Shown here one piece after another: positions 48,512 through 57,601 of a stretch of DNA of 64,000 nt (position 1 is the stretch's first letter; each line of letters opens with the position of its first letter). The notes under the pieces were generated by a model, which was given only the letters and a program-made list of their open reading frames with translations, was not told where the DNA came from and searched no databases. The position numbers and the translations under genes were made by a program. Source of the stretch: an uncultured Bacteroidales bacterium (GTDB lineage Bacteria > Bacteroidota > Bacteroidia > Bacteroidales > UBA7960); NCBI GenBank assembly GCA_964348755.1, contig CAYGDW010000009.1:38-64037 (forward strand), given 5' to 3'.

Positions 48512-50551
48512 TTAATTTTTCTTTTTCAAAACAAATGCTGAAAGGGCCGGCAAATATAAATACAATGAGGTGTTTTTTGCATCCGCTTTCGCAGAATATA
48601 CAATGTTTTCATCTATTCGGTCAAAGCCTCCGAACAGGCTGTTATCGGTATTTAGTTGCACCGAATATTCGCCAGCGGGCAATTCAATGCCATAACCGGT
48701 ATATGAATCGAAGGGGCTGAAATTAAACACGAAAATAAGGTCGTTGCGCCCTATAACCAGCACCTGGTCGTCAATATTTTCCTTTATACGGGTTATAACC
48801 GGGAAGCCCAAGAGATGTTCGCTTCGTACCAGTGCAACCATTTTTCGGTCAAATTCATTCAAAAACCTGTATTTGAGGCTTGGATCTTTTGCAAGGCTCC
48901 ATTGCCGGCGTGCATAATGGTACGACCAGTTGTTGTGCCTTCCCGGGAAATCGATCCACTCGGGATGCCCAAACTCATTACCCATGAAATTAAGGTAGCC
49001 ATTGCCTGCCGTAGCAATTGTAATGAGTCTTATCATTTTGTGCAGAGCCAACCCATTATCAATGGTTAAGCTTTGCAGATCATTGCGCATATTGTAATAC
49101 ATGTCCTGGTCAACAAGCCAGAAGATAATTGTTTTGTCGCCCACCAAAGCCTGGTCGTGCGATTCGGCATAATGCACCGTTTGCTCGTCGGTGCGCTTGC
49201 TTGTCAGTTGGTTAAACATTTCGCCCACGTTCCAGAACTGAACCTGCCGCTCCTTAATAGTGCGAATCCAATAATCGGGCACTCCCATGGCCAGCCGGTA
49301 ATCAAATCCAAAACCTCCCTTTTGCTGCGGGGTGGCCATGCCTGGCATGCCGCTCATTTCTTCGGCAATGCATACCGAATCCGGTTTCAGTTCCTTTATC
49401 AGCTTGTTCGCCAGAAATAGGTAGGTTATAGCATCTTCGTCCTGGTTATTGTCGAAATACATATCGTAGCTGGTAAATGCCCTTCCGAGACCACGGTCAT
49501 GGTAAAGCATGCTGGTAATGCCATCAAACCGGAAACCGTCAAAACCATACTCCTCTATCCAGAATTTACAATTTGATAATAGAAAGTGTAAAACGCTGTT
49601 CTTACCGTAGTCAAAACACCGGCTGTCCCAGGCAGGATGATTGCCCCTTGGGCCATCGTGAAAGAACTGGTACAGGGTACCATCGTATCGGCTTATACCT
49701 TCAATTTCGTTTTTTACTGCATGCGAGTGTACCAGGTCCATAATTACCCTTATGCCCCTCGAATGGGCATCGTCAACAAGGGCTTTCAGTTCATCGGGTG
49801 TTCCAAACCGGCTTGAGGCAGCAAAAAAACTACTGACATGGTACCCAAACGAGCCATAAAACGGATGCTCCTGCACGGCCATCATTTGAATGGTGTTATA
49901 GCCGGCGGCTTCGATATACGGGAGCACATTTACACGAAACTCTTCCCATGTTCCTACCTTGTAATCCTGGGTGGCCATGCCCGGATGGGCTTCGTAAATA
50001 AGTGGGAAATAGTCATTTTTGGGCTTGATTTTGTGTTTGAATTGGTATGGTAGTGGGGGGTTCCAAACCTGGGCACACCAAATCCGGGTGTCGGGGTCTT
50101 GTACCACACGCCTTGCCCAGGCCGGAATGCGATCGCCCGAACCGCCCTCCCAAAAAACGAAAAGCTTATAAAAGTCAAGGTGCTTCAAAATATTTTCGGA
50201 TAAATGAAGTTCCCAATTACCAAAACCTATGGAGCGAAACTTAAAATCATCGTCGGGGCGCCAGCCCGAAAAATTGCCCACCAGGAAAATACTAGTAGCA
50301 TTAGGCGCCCACTCGCGAAGAACCCAACCCGTTGTTGTGCGATGCAAACCAAAATAATGATGCCCGTTGGCAAAATCAGTCAATCGGCCTCCACCGGTAA
50401 GTTCATGCTCCTTTGAATATGCCCGGCCAAGCCGCTCGCCAATCTTAAACCTGTATGGCTCAAGCCAGGGATCGTGCTTTACAAATTCCGGAATAAGCAT
50501 GGCAAGATGGTTTGTAAATGGTAATTTTACTGCGGAAAAAACATTATTCAA
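48512..50551 (-). CDS. glgB: 1,4-alpha-glucan branching enzyme (GH13, eukaryote-like type)
   Basis: About 680 aa with DPWLEPY near the N-terminus and a CBM48-like region. It carries GH13 catalytic-region motifs (GIRVIMDLVHSH, GFDGFRFDGITSM, AEEMSG, YAESHDQ). An alternative start is the ATG at 50500. Confidence 0.87.
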   Translation of the reverse strand: MNNVFSAVKLPFTNHLAMLIPEFVKHDPWLEPYRFKIGERLGRAYSKEHELTGGGRLTDFANGHHYFGLHRTTTGWVLREWAPNATSIFLVGNFSGWRPDDDFKFRSIGFGNWELHLSENILKHLDFYKLFVFWEGGSGDRIPAWARRVVQDPDTRIWCAQVWNPPLPYQFKHKIKPKNDYFPLIYEAHPGMATQDYKVGTWEEFRVNVLPYIEAAGYNTIQMMAVQEHPFYGSFGYHVSSFFAASSRFGTPDELKALVDDAHSRGIRVIMDLVHSHAVKNEIEGISRYDGTLYQFFHDGPRGNHPAWDSRCFDYGKNSVLHFLLSNCKFWIEEYGFDGFRFDGITSMLYHDRGLGRAFTSYDMYFDNNQDEDAITYLFLANKLIKELKPDSVCIAEEMSGMPGMATPQQKGGFGFDYRLAMGVPDYWIRTIKERQVQFWNVGEMFNQLTSKRTDEQTVHYAESHDQALVGDKTIIFWLVDQDMYYNMRNDLQSLTIDNGLALHKMIRLITIATAGNGYLNFMGNEFGHPEWIDFPGRHNNWSYHYARRQWSLAKDPSLKYRFLNEFDRKMVALVRSEHLLGFPVITRIKENIDDQVLVIGRNDLIFVFNFSPFDSYTGYGIELPAGEYSVQLNTDNSLFGGFDRIDENIVYSAKADAKNTSLYLYLPALSAFVLKKKN

Positions 50552-50648
50552 ACATAAACTTTTTTATTCAAACCATATCAAATTTTTTGGAAGGTTTTTC
50601 GCCGAAAGGCAAAATAAAAAGGGCATAAAACAGAGCCTCACCGACCCG

Positions 50649-50656
50649 CAAAAATA
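50649..50656 (-). promoter_or_regulatory. putative -7 box TAttTTTG (minus strand)
   Basis: The plus-strand caaaaata faces glgB. It sits back-to-back with the feoAB box 3 nt away. Confidence 0.35.
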
Positions 50657-50658
50657 AA

Positions 50659-50666
50659 TACCTTTG
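50659..50666 (+). promoter_or_regulatory. putative -7 box TAccTTTG
   Basis: Exact match about 45 nt upstream of the feoAB ATG at 50711. Confidence 0.45.
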
Positions 50667-50710
50667 CACAATGTTAATTCAATCTAAATAAACATAACAC
50701 TACTTTTTTC

Positions 50711-53233
50711 ATGAACCTGAGTGACCTGAAAAACGGAGAACGCGCCATAATTGTCAAGGTGAAAGGCAGGGGGGCTTTTCGCAAAAGGATCATAGAAATG
50801 GGTTTTGTTGTGGGCAAGGCTGTTGAGGTAGTGAAGAAAGCCCCTCTTCGCGACCCCATAGAATATAACATTATGGGATACAATATTTCGCTGCGAACCA
50901 GCGAAGCCCAATTAATTGAGGTTGTAAGGGAAGAGGACTTTTTGACTAACAGGGAAAAACCTTTTGATGGCACCATAACCAGGTCCAGGCAAAATGTAAG
51001 CAAACGGCAGGGGAAAACCATAAATATTGCCCTGGTGGGCAATCCAAACAGCGGCAAGACCACGTTTTTCAATTATGCTTCGGGCAGCCGCGAAAAAGTA
51101 GGCAATTACAGCGGGGTAACTGTCGATGCAAAACAGGCGCAGTTGCGCCAAAGAGGTTACCTGTTTAATATTACCGACTTGCCTGGTACCTATTCAATTA
51201 GCGCCTATTCGCCCGAAGAAATATTTGTGAGGGATTTTATAACCGAAAAGATTCCTGACGTGGTTATCAACATTGTTGATGCCTCAAACCTTGAGCGCAA
51301 TCTTTATTTAACCACCCAGCTTATTGATATGGATATAAGGGTGGTAATGGTGCTCAATATGTTTGATGAACTTCAGGCCAAAGGCGATTCGCTTGATTAT
51401 GAGTTGCTTGGCCAGATGATTGGCATTCCGGTTGTGCCAGCCGTAAGCTCCAGGGGCAAGGGAATTAAAGAGACATTCGAAAAAGTTATAGAGGTATTTG
51501 AAGACCGCAACCCGGTAGTAAGGCATATACATATAAACTATGGGAGCATTCTTGAGCGATCGCTCAAAGTTATTCAGGACCTGATAAATGCACCTGGCAA
51601 CCAGCATCTTACCGACCGTATTTCTTCGCGATTTTTGGCAATTAAACTATTGGAGAACGACAAGGAAGCGGTAAAAAAGGTGATGCAAAACTGCCATAAC
51701 CACGAGGAAATTCTTTATAATACAGGCCAGGAGGTTGCCCGCCTCGAAAAAGAATACGGAGAGCATCCTGAAACTGCTGTAACAGATTTGAAATATGGTT
51801 TTATTGCTGGCGCCCTGAAAGAAACCATGAAAAGCAGCAATAATACCGACCGCCAGGCCAGCCAGGTTATCGACACGCTGATTACCCACAAAGTATTTGG
51901 CTTTCCCATTTTTTTGTTTTTTATGTGGCTAATGTTTTCGGCCACATTCTGGCTGGGCAGTTTTCCTATGGAATGGATAGAATCGGGTGTGGGGGTTCTT
52001 TCGCAATTGCTCGAAAACCAAATGAACCCTGGTCCGCTCAAAGACCTTCTCATCAATGGTATCATAAGCGGGGTTGGCGGAGTGTTGGTATTTCTTCCCA
52101 ATATTATGCTTTTGTTTTTTTTCATAAGCCTGATGGAAGACACGGGGTATATGTCGCGAGCCGTTTTTATAATGGATAAGCTCATGCACAAGATTGGACT
52201 ACACGGCAAATCTTTCATTCCACTGCTAATGGGTTTTGGCTGCAATGTGCCTGCCATTCTGGCCACACGCACCCTTGCCAACCGCAACGACCGCCTGCTT
52301 ACCATGCTAATCAACCCTTTTATGTCGTGCAGTGCCCGGCTGCCCATATATGTTTTGCTTATTGGCGCGTTTTTTCCCGAAAACCAGGGCAGCATGCTGT
52401 TTTTAATTTACCTTATCGGGATGCTTATGGCAGTTGGTGTGGCCATTTTGCTCAAAAAGACCTTATTCCGTGCTCAGGAGGTACCATTTGTTATGGAGCT
52501 TCCACCCTACCGAATGCCCACCATGCGTGCAGCCACAACGCACATGTGGGGCAGGGCGGTGCATTACCTGCGAAAAATTAGTGGTGTGATTCTGGTGGCT
52601 TCCATTATAATTTGGGCGCTGGGATATTTTCCTTCGGGAAAAAACTTTCAGATTCAGCTACAAGAGATTGAAAAAAACCTGTTAGCCCAATATCAGGAAA
52701 AAATTGCAGGCTTGGCTGCCACCGACAACCTTGCAATTAACAACCTCCAGCATAATATGGAGCTTAATATTAAACAGGCCCAAGCTGGAGCATACACCCA
52801 AAGGCTCGAAAACAGCTATATAGGCCGCATAGGGCAGTTTATTCAGCCGGTAATGGCCCCATTGGGGTTCGACTGGAAAATGACCATAAGCATTATTTCG
52901 GGCGTGGCAGCAAAAGAAATTGTGGTGAGTACCCTTGGCGTTTTGTATCAGGTCGATGAGAGTGTTCAATCCCACAGCCAATCGCTTATCGAAAAGCTAC
53001 GAACCCAAACATTTTCGGTTGGCCCCCGAAAAGGCCAAAAAGTATTCAACAAGGCGGTGGCTTTCAGTTTTATGCTTTTTGTATTGCTTTACTTCCCTTG
53101 CATTGGCGTAATTGCTGCAATAGGCAAGGAATCAGGACATTGGAAATGGGGGCTTTTTACCGTAGCTTATACCACTCTTATAGCCTGGACTGTTTCATTT
53201 GTTTTTTATCAGGCTGCAAATTTATTTAGGTAA
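50711..53233 (+). CDS. feoB: ferrous iron transporter, FeoA-FeoB fusion
   Basis: The N-terminal FeoA-like SH3 domain (LSDLKNGERAIIVKV.G) is followed by a G-domain (ALVGNPNSGKTTFFN, DLPGTYS). Two gate-type membrane domains complete the protein. Confidence 0.93.
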   Translation: MNLSDLKNGERAIIVKVKGRGAFRKRIIEMGFVVGKAVEVVKKAPLRDPIEYNIMGYNISLRTSEAQLIEVVREEDFLTNREKPFDGTITRSRQNVSKRQGKTINIALVGNPNSGKTTFFNYASGSREKVGNYSGVTVDAKQAQLRQRGYLFNITDLPGTYSISAYSPEEIFVRDFITEKIPDVVINIVDASNLERNLYLTTQLIDMDIRVVMVLNMFDELQAKGDSLDYELLGQMIGIPVVPAVSSRGKGIKETFEKVIEVFEDRNPVVRHIHINYGSILERSLKVIQDLINAPGNQHLTDRISSRFLAIKLLENDKEAVKKVMQNCHNHEEILYNTGQEVARLEKEYGEHPETAVTDLKYGFIAGALKETMKSSNNTDRQASQVIDTLITHKVFGFPIFLFFMWLMFSATFWLGSFPMEWIESGVGVLSQLLENQMNPGPLKDLLINGIISGVGGVLVFLPNIMLLFFFISLMEDTGYMSRAVFIMDKLMHKIGLHGKSFIPLLMGFGCNVPAILATRTLANRNDRLLTMLINPFMSCSARLPIYVLLIGAFFPENQGSMLFLIYLIGMLMAVGVAILLKKTLFRAQEVPFVMELPPYRMPTMRAATTHMWGRAVHYLRKISGVILVASIIIWALGYFPSGKNFQIQLQEIEKNLLAQYQEKIAGLAATDNLAINNLQHNMELNIKQAQAGAYTQRLENSYIGRIGQFIQPVMAPLGFDWKMTISIISGVAAKEIVVSTLGVLYQVDESVQSHSQSLIEKLRTQTFSVGPRKGQKVFNKAVAFSFMLFVLLYFPCIGVIAAIGKESGHWKWGLFTVAYTTLIAWTVSFVFYQAANLFR

Positions 53234-53237
53234 ACCC

Positions 53238-53417
53238 ATGGCACAGTTAATTATTACAATATGTATCCTGTGTTTGGCATGTGGCTTTACTATTTTAAAA
53301 CTGGTAAAAATTTTAAAACGGCCCAACAGAAAAGCGGTTGTACCTTGCTCGGACTGCAATAGCAATTGCAATTGCCAAAAGCTTACCGACCAAAAAATTA
53401 TTGAAAAAGTCAAATAA
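53238..53417 (+). CDS. FeoB-associated Cys-rich membrane mini-protein
   Basis: 59 aa with one TM helix (LIITICILCLACGFTIL) followed by VVPCSDCNSNCNCQK. It starts 4 nt after feoB. The ATG at 53238 is preferred over the track start at 53199. Confidence 0.65.
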   Translation: MAQLIITICILCLACGFTILKLVKILKRPNRKAVVPCSDCNSNCNCQKLTDQKIIEKVK

Positions 53418-53463
53418 AGCCATCCAGTTAAGGCCTTTTTTGTTTATTTTCGGATAAACTTTT

Positions 53464-55389
53464 TTGATTTTGAATCTTCAGGAAATTTTGCTACAATATT
53501 GGGGTTTCAGTTCATTTAGGCCTTTGCAGGAGGAAATTATCCGCTCGGTGCTCGATGGTCGCGATACCCTTGCCCTGCTGCCCACCGGTGGAGGCAAATC
53601 TCTGTGCTACCAGATACCAGGTATGGCCAGCAAAGGGTTGTGTATAGTGGTAACGCCATTGATAGCCCTAATGAAAGACCAGGTTCAGAACCTAAAAAGC
53701 AGGGGCATAAAGGCTGTGGGAGTTTATCATGGCCTTAGCCGTATGGAAATGGAAGTAGCGCTCGACAATTGTGTATTTGGCGATATTAAATTTTTGTACT
53801 TATCGCCAGAGCGTCTTGCAACCGATATGCTTCAAGCACGCCTGCCCCGAATGAATGTAAACCTGCTGGCTGTTGACGAGGCGCATTGTATTTCGCAATG
53901 GGGTTACGACTTTAGGCCTCCATACCTAAAAATTGCCGATGTACGGCAATTTATTCCGAAAACTCCGGTACTGGCCCTTACTGCCACTGCTACCCCAAAG
54001 GTTGTAGAAGATATTCAACAAAATTTAGGATTTAAGGCAAAGTTGGTTTTTCAACAAAGTTTTGAACGAAAAAACCTGGCTTACATAGCTCAGGATGAAG
54101 AGGACAAACAGAACAGGCTGCTGAAGATTTGCAACAAAGTTTTAGGCCCCGGAATTGTTTATGTAAGAAACCGGCGGAAAACCCGCGAGCTGGCCAACTT
54201 TTTAAACCTCAAAAAGGTATCGGCCGATTTTTACCATGCCGGCCTTACAAACCTTGAACGAGACGCAAAACAAAACGCCTGGATGAAAGAAAAATCGAGG
54301 GTAATTGTTTCGACCAATGCTTTTGGAATGGGCATTGACAAACCCAATGTAAGGTTTGTTGTGCACATGGATCTTCCTGACAGCCCCGAAGCGTACTTTC
54401 AGGAAGCCGGCAGGGCAGGCCGCGATGGTATTAAGTCTTTTGCGGTATTGCTTTACAACAAATCAGATATTATTGAACTTGAGTATAACCACGAAAGCTC
54501 ATACCCGCCAATCGATTATATTAAAAATGCATACAATAGCCTCGGTAATTACTTTCAGCTAGCCATTGGCAGCGGACGCGAAACAACCATGCCGTTTAAT
54601 CTAACAGAGTTTGCAGAAAATTATGCCTTCAATCCATTGCTGGTTTTCAATGCACTGAAATTTCTGGAAAAAGAAGGCTATATTGCCATTTCAGAAGCCC
54701 TGGCCAATCCTTCAAGAATTTTTATCAATTCAGAAAAGGAAGAACTATACCGGTTTCAGGTTGCAACACCCGATTATGATCCGTTTATTAAAGTTTTGCT
54801 AAGGTCTTATACTGGTCTTTTTACTGAGTTTGTTAAAATAAGCGAAAGCGATATTGCAAAGAGGGCAAATATTACCAGAGAAGAAGTTATTAAGCGCCTG
54901 TTGTGGTTAAATAAAATGAACCTCCTGCAATACGAGCAACAAAACGAATTGCCTGCACTTACTTTTGTTGAAGAAAGGCTAAGTGTAGAAGACCTTCGGA
55001 TTTCGCCAGAAGTATATCACCAAAGAAAACAGTTTTCGCTCGAGCGGGTTGAGGCTATGAAAAAATACGTGGTCAACAAAAACCGTTGCCGCAGTACCAT
55101 GCTACTGGCCTACTTTGGAGAAATAAAAAACGAACAGTGCGGACATTGCGATGTTTGCCTGGAAAGAAAAAGAACAGAAGTTTCGGATAACGAGTTTGAC
55201 CTGGTGCTAACCCAAGTAAAAACAATGCTGCAAAAACAAACCATGAGCACAAACGAACTGATAGATAGAATACATTTAAACCTGCACGAGCAAAAGGTAT
55301 TGAAAGTAGTGCAGTGGCTCATTGACAACGAGAAAATCAACAGGCTTCCTGATGGAATAAACCTTAAATGGTCAGATAGCATGAAATGA
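53464..55389 (+). CDS. RecQ-family ATP-dependent DNA helicase
   Basis: FR..Q...I......G.D.L.LLPTGGGKSLCYQIP, DEAHCISQWGYDFRP and a zinc-binding region (C.S..LL.YFGE....CG.CDVC). The start codon is TTG. Confidence 0.87.
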   Translation: MILNLQEILLQYWGFSSFRPLQEEIIRSVLDGRDTLALLPTGGGKSLCYQIPGMASKGLCIVVTPLIALMKDQVQNLKSRGIKAVGVYHGLSRMEMEVALDNCVFGDIKFLYLSPERLATDMLQARLPRMNVNLLAVDEAHCISQWGYDFRPPYLKIADVRQFIPKTPVLALTATATPKVVEDIQQNLGFKAKLVFQQSFERKNLAYIAQDEEDKQNRLLKICNKVLGPGIVYVRNRRKTRELANFLNLKKVSADFYHAGLTNLERDAKQNAWMKEKSRVIVSTNAFGMGIDKPNVRFVVHMDLPDSPEAYFQEAGRAGRDGIKSFAVLLYNKSDIIELEYNHESSYPPIDYIKNAYNSLGNYFQLAIGSGRETTMPFNLTEFAENYAFNPLLVFNALKFLEKEGYIAISEALANPSRIFINSEKEELYRFQVATPDYDPFIKVLLRSYTGLFTEFVKISESDIAKRANITREEVIKRLLWLNKMNLLQYEQQNELPALTFVEERLSVEDLRISPEVYHQRKQFSLERVEAMKKYVVNKNRCRSTMLLAYFGEIKNEQCGHCDVCLERKRTEVSDNEFDLVLTQVKTMLQKQTMSTNELIDRIHLNLHEQKVLKVVQWLIDNEKINRLPDGINLKWSDSMK

Positions 55390-55436
55390 TTTTATTGACA
55401 TCGCAGCTTTCAAAAAAAACCTTGCTTGTCTTTAAG

Positions 55437-55444
55437 TAATTTTG
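55437..55444 (+). promoter_or_regulatory. putative -7 box TAatTTTG
   Basis: Exact match about 38 nt upstream of the ATG at 55482. Confidence 0.45.
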
Positions 55445-55481
55445 CCATTTTATATGAACCAATTTTAGAAAATTAAACACT

Positions 55482-56174
55482 ATGGCTGCGTACCAGCATA
55501 TTTTTTTTGACCTTGACCGTACCCTTTACGATTTCGACTACAACAACCGCGAAACCATCCTGCAGATTTTCAGCAATTTAAAAATTTATGAGGTGGCCGG
55601 AATAAGCTTCGAAACTTTTCATGAAACCTACAAACAAATAAACGCACCGCTTTGGGAGCAGTACAAAAAACAGGAAATAACAAAAGAACACCTTAACCTT
55701 ACCAGGTTTTCGGAAACCCTAAAGGCTTTTGTTGTAAATCATCACCTTGGCAAAACATTCGCTTCTGAATACATTCGCTTAAGCCCCCTGCAGATAAACC
55801 TTTTGCCTGGCGCCATTGAACTGCTCGACTACCTTTTGACAAAATATCAGTTACACATTATTACAAACGGTTTTGATGAGATTCAGTATGTAAAGATTAA
55901 CCGTTGCGGACTTGAGAAATATTTCAGGCACGTAATAGTAAGCGAGGCGGCAGGTGCACAGAAGCCTAGCCCTAAAATATTTCACTATGCCTTTGAGAAA
56001 ACTGGGGCGAGTGCACAAAATTCAGTGCTGATTGGCGACGATCCCCACTCTGACATTTACGGCGCTCAGCTAATAGGCATGGACCAGGTTTGGCTGGCTC
56101 AGCCTGGCGAAACATCGCCATACAAACCTACCTGGCAAATAGGACATTTGCTCCAACTGAAAGAAATTCTTTAG
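55482..56174 (+). CDS. HAD-family hydrolase (YjjG-like nucleotidase type)
   Basis: It has HAD motif I (FFDLDRTLYDF), ITNG, and a C-terminal GDD.HSDI. Confidence 0.78.
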   Translation: MAAYQHIFFDLDRTLYDFDYNNRETILQIFSNLKIYEVAGISFETFHETYKQINAPLWEQYKKQEITKEHLNLTRFSETLKAFVVNHHLGKTFASEYIRLSPLQINLLPGAIELLDYLLTKYQLHIITNGFDEIQYVKINRCGLEKYFRHVIVSEAAGAQKPSPKIFHYAFEKTGASAQNSVLIGDDPHSDIYGAQLIGMDQVWLAQPGETSPYKPTWQIGHLLQLKEIL

Positions 56175-56887
56175 AATAAAGGAAAACCTTTGTAATGCGA
56201 TTTTAAAAATTCGAAAAACTCGCTCACCATCATGGCTGTAGCTCCCCAAATTACATGACCGTTAATAACATAACAAGGAGTATCGAGCCTTTGGCCACCA
56301 TTAAGGGCAATTGTTCTGGAATGCACGTTTTGGGGATTCAAAAATCCGGCAAGCCCGATTTCAATTAAAGACTCTACTTCAGCAGGTTGCGCAACAAAAG
56401 AAGGTTTTTTTTTTAACAAACCTATATACGGGCTTACCATGAAATTGCTTGGTGGAATAAACAAGTCGGTTAGTTTTCCGGTAATTTCAATATCAGCGGC
56501 CGGAACCCCAATCTCTTCGAAAGTTTCGCGCAAAGCAGTGTTTTTCAGATTTTTATCAGCCTCTTCGTATCGCCCACCCGGAAACGAAATTTGTCCGCCA
56601 TGTACACCATTATTTTCGGGCCGCTTTATGAAAACTGTGGTGGTGTTTCCTTTTTTATCAGGATAAAAAAGAAAAAGAACAGCGCTTTTCACCGCATTTT
56701 TGCCCTGTCCAAGGCTCATTATTTCTTGAAGGCGGTTGGCCGGAGCCATTTTTAGCTGCGACTTAAGCCCGGGAAGGCTAAGATAAGGCAAACCCCTTAA
56801 AATGGATGAAAAGGAATTGAAATTCAGAATGTTTTCTTTAAAAATGAATGGGTTGCGAGTAGTCATAAAGCCATTTTGAAAAAACAT
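56171..56887 (-). CDS. NUDIX hydrolase, CoA pyrophosphatase-like
   Basis: The Nudix box is GGQISFPGGRYEEADKNLKNTALRETFEEIGV. The start is uncertain (56887 or the ATG at 56866). Confidence 0.78.
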   Translation of the reverse strand: MFFQNGFMTTRNPFIFKENILNFNSFSSILRGLPYLSLPGLKSQLKMAPANRLQEIMSLGQGKNAVKSAVLFLFYPDKKGNTTTVFIKRPENNGVHGGQISFPGGRYEEADKNLKNTALRETFEEIGVPAADIEITGKLTDLFIPPSNFMVSPYIGLLKKKPSFVAQPAEVESLIEIGLAGFLNPQNVHSRTIALNGGQRLDTPCYVINGHVIWGATAMMVSEFFEFLKSHYKGFPLF

Positions 56888-56941
56888 TTGCCTTACATTT
56901 GTGTGCGAAGGCCAAAATTAAACAATCATTCACAAGCAACA

Positions 56942-57601
56942 ATGAAGCCCGCCCTATTGTTTTCAGGATACATTATTTCGCTATCCTTAGCGGCCGCGTT
57001 AGTAGCTTCGTGTAGCTTTTTTTCCGGAAAAGAAAATCAGAACCCCACTTACCAGCTTTCGCATGAAGAATATGAACTGCTGCAACCCGGCGATATTATT
57101 CTCAGACAGGGTTTCGGGGTTGGAAGCCAGGCCATTAGCGAATTTTTAAACGAAAATATTAAGGTATCGCACGTGGCTTTGCTTAGCCAAAATGCCCAAA
57201 GCCACTGGCAAGTCATTCAATCCGTTTCGCAAAATGTATCCGATTTTGATGGTATGCAAGCCCAGTATCTGTCAGAATTTATTCGCGAAAGCCAAACCAA
57301 TTCATTGGTTGTAGTCAGGTTCAAGGGGTTTAATGCTAATCCGGGTCTAAACCACCGTTTTGAACAGGCCGCTTTGAGCTACCTTAAGCAACAGGTGCCA
57401 TTCGACCATAGTTTTAGCCTGACCGACAGCACCCAATTTTTTTGTTCGGAACTGATTTGGCGACTGTTTCTGAACGAAGCCGGTGTTGATATTTTTGAAA
57501 AAATGAATAAGGACGATCGCAGGGAGCGTTTGCGGTTTGCTTCATTTTTTGACCCTGATCATTTTGAAGTAATTATAAACCATCACTCCAGGGATCAATA
57601 G
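56942..57601 (+). CDS. YiiX-family permuted papain-like (NlpC/P60 superfamily) lipoprotein
   Basis: The signal and lipobox (..AAALVASC) are followed by LQPGDIILRQG..SHVALL.. and a later FFCSELIW, a permuted His...Cys arrangement. The ATG at 56942 is preferred. Confidence 0.6.
   Translation: MKPALLFSGYIISLSLAAALVASCSFFSGKENQNPTYQLSHEEYELLQPGDIILRQGFGVGSQAISEFLNENIKVSHVALLSQNAQSHWQVIQSVSQNVSDFDGMQAQYLSEFIRESQTNSLVVVRFKGFNANPGLNHRFEQAALSYLKQQVPFDHSFSLTDSTQFFCSELIWRLFLNEAGVDIFEKMNKDDRRERLRFASFFDPDHFEVIINHHSRDQ

Noticed and set aside
56171-57601. Convergent stop-codon overlaps: HAD/NUDIX by 4 nt at 56171-56174, and YiiX/photolyase by 7 nt at 57595-57601.
   Set aside because: These are common compact-genome arrangements. 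No additional structure or conserved element is visible at the overlaps.
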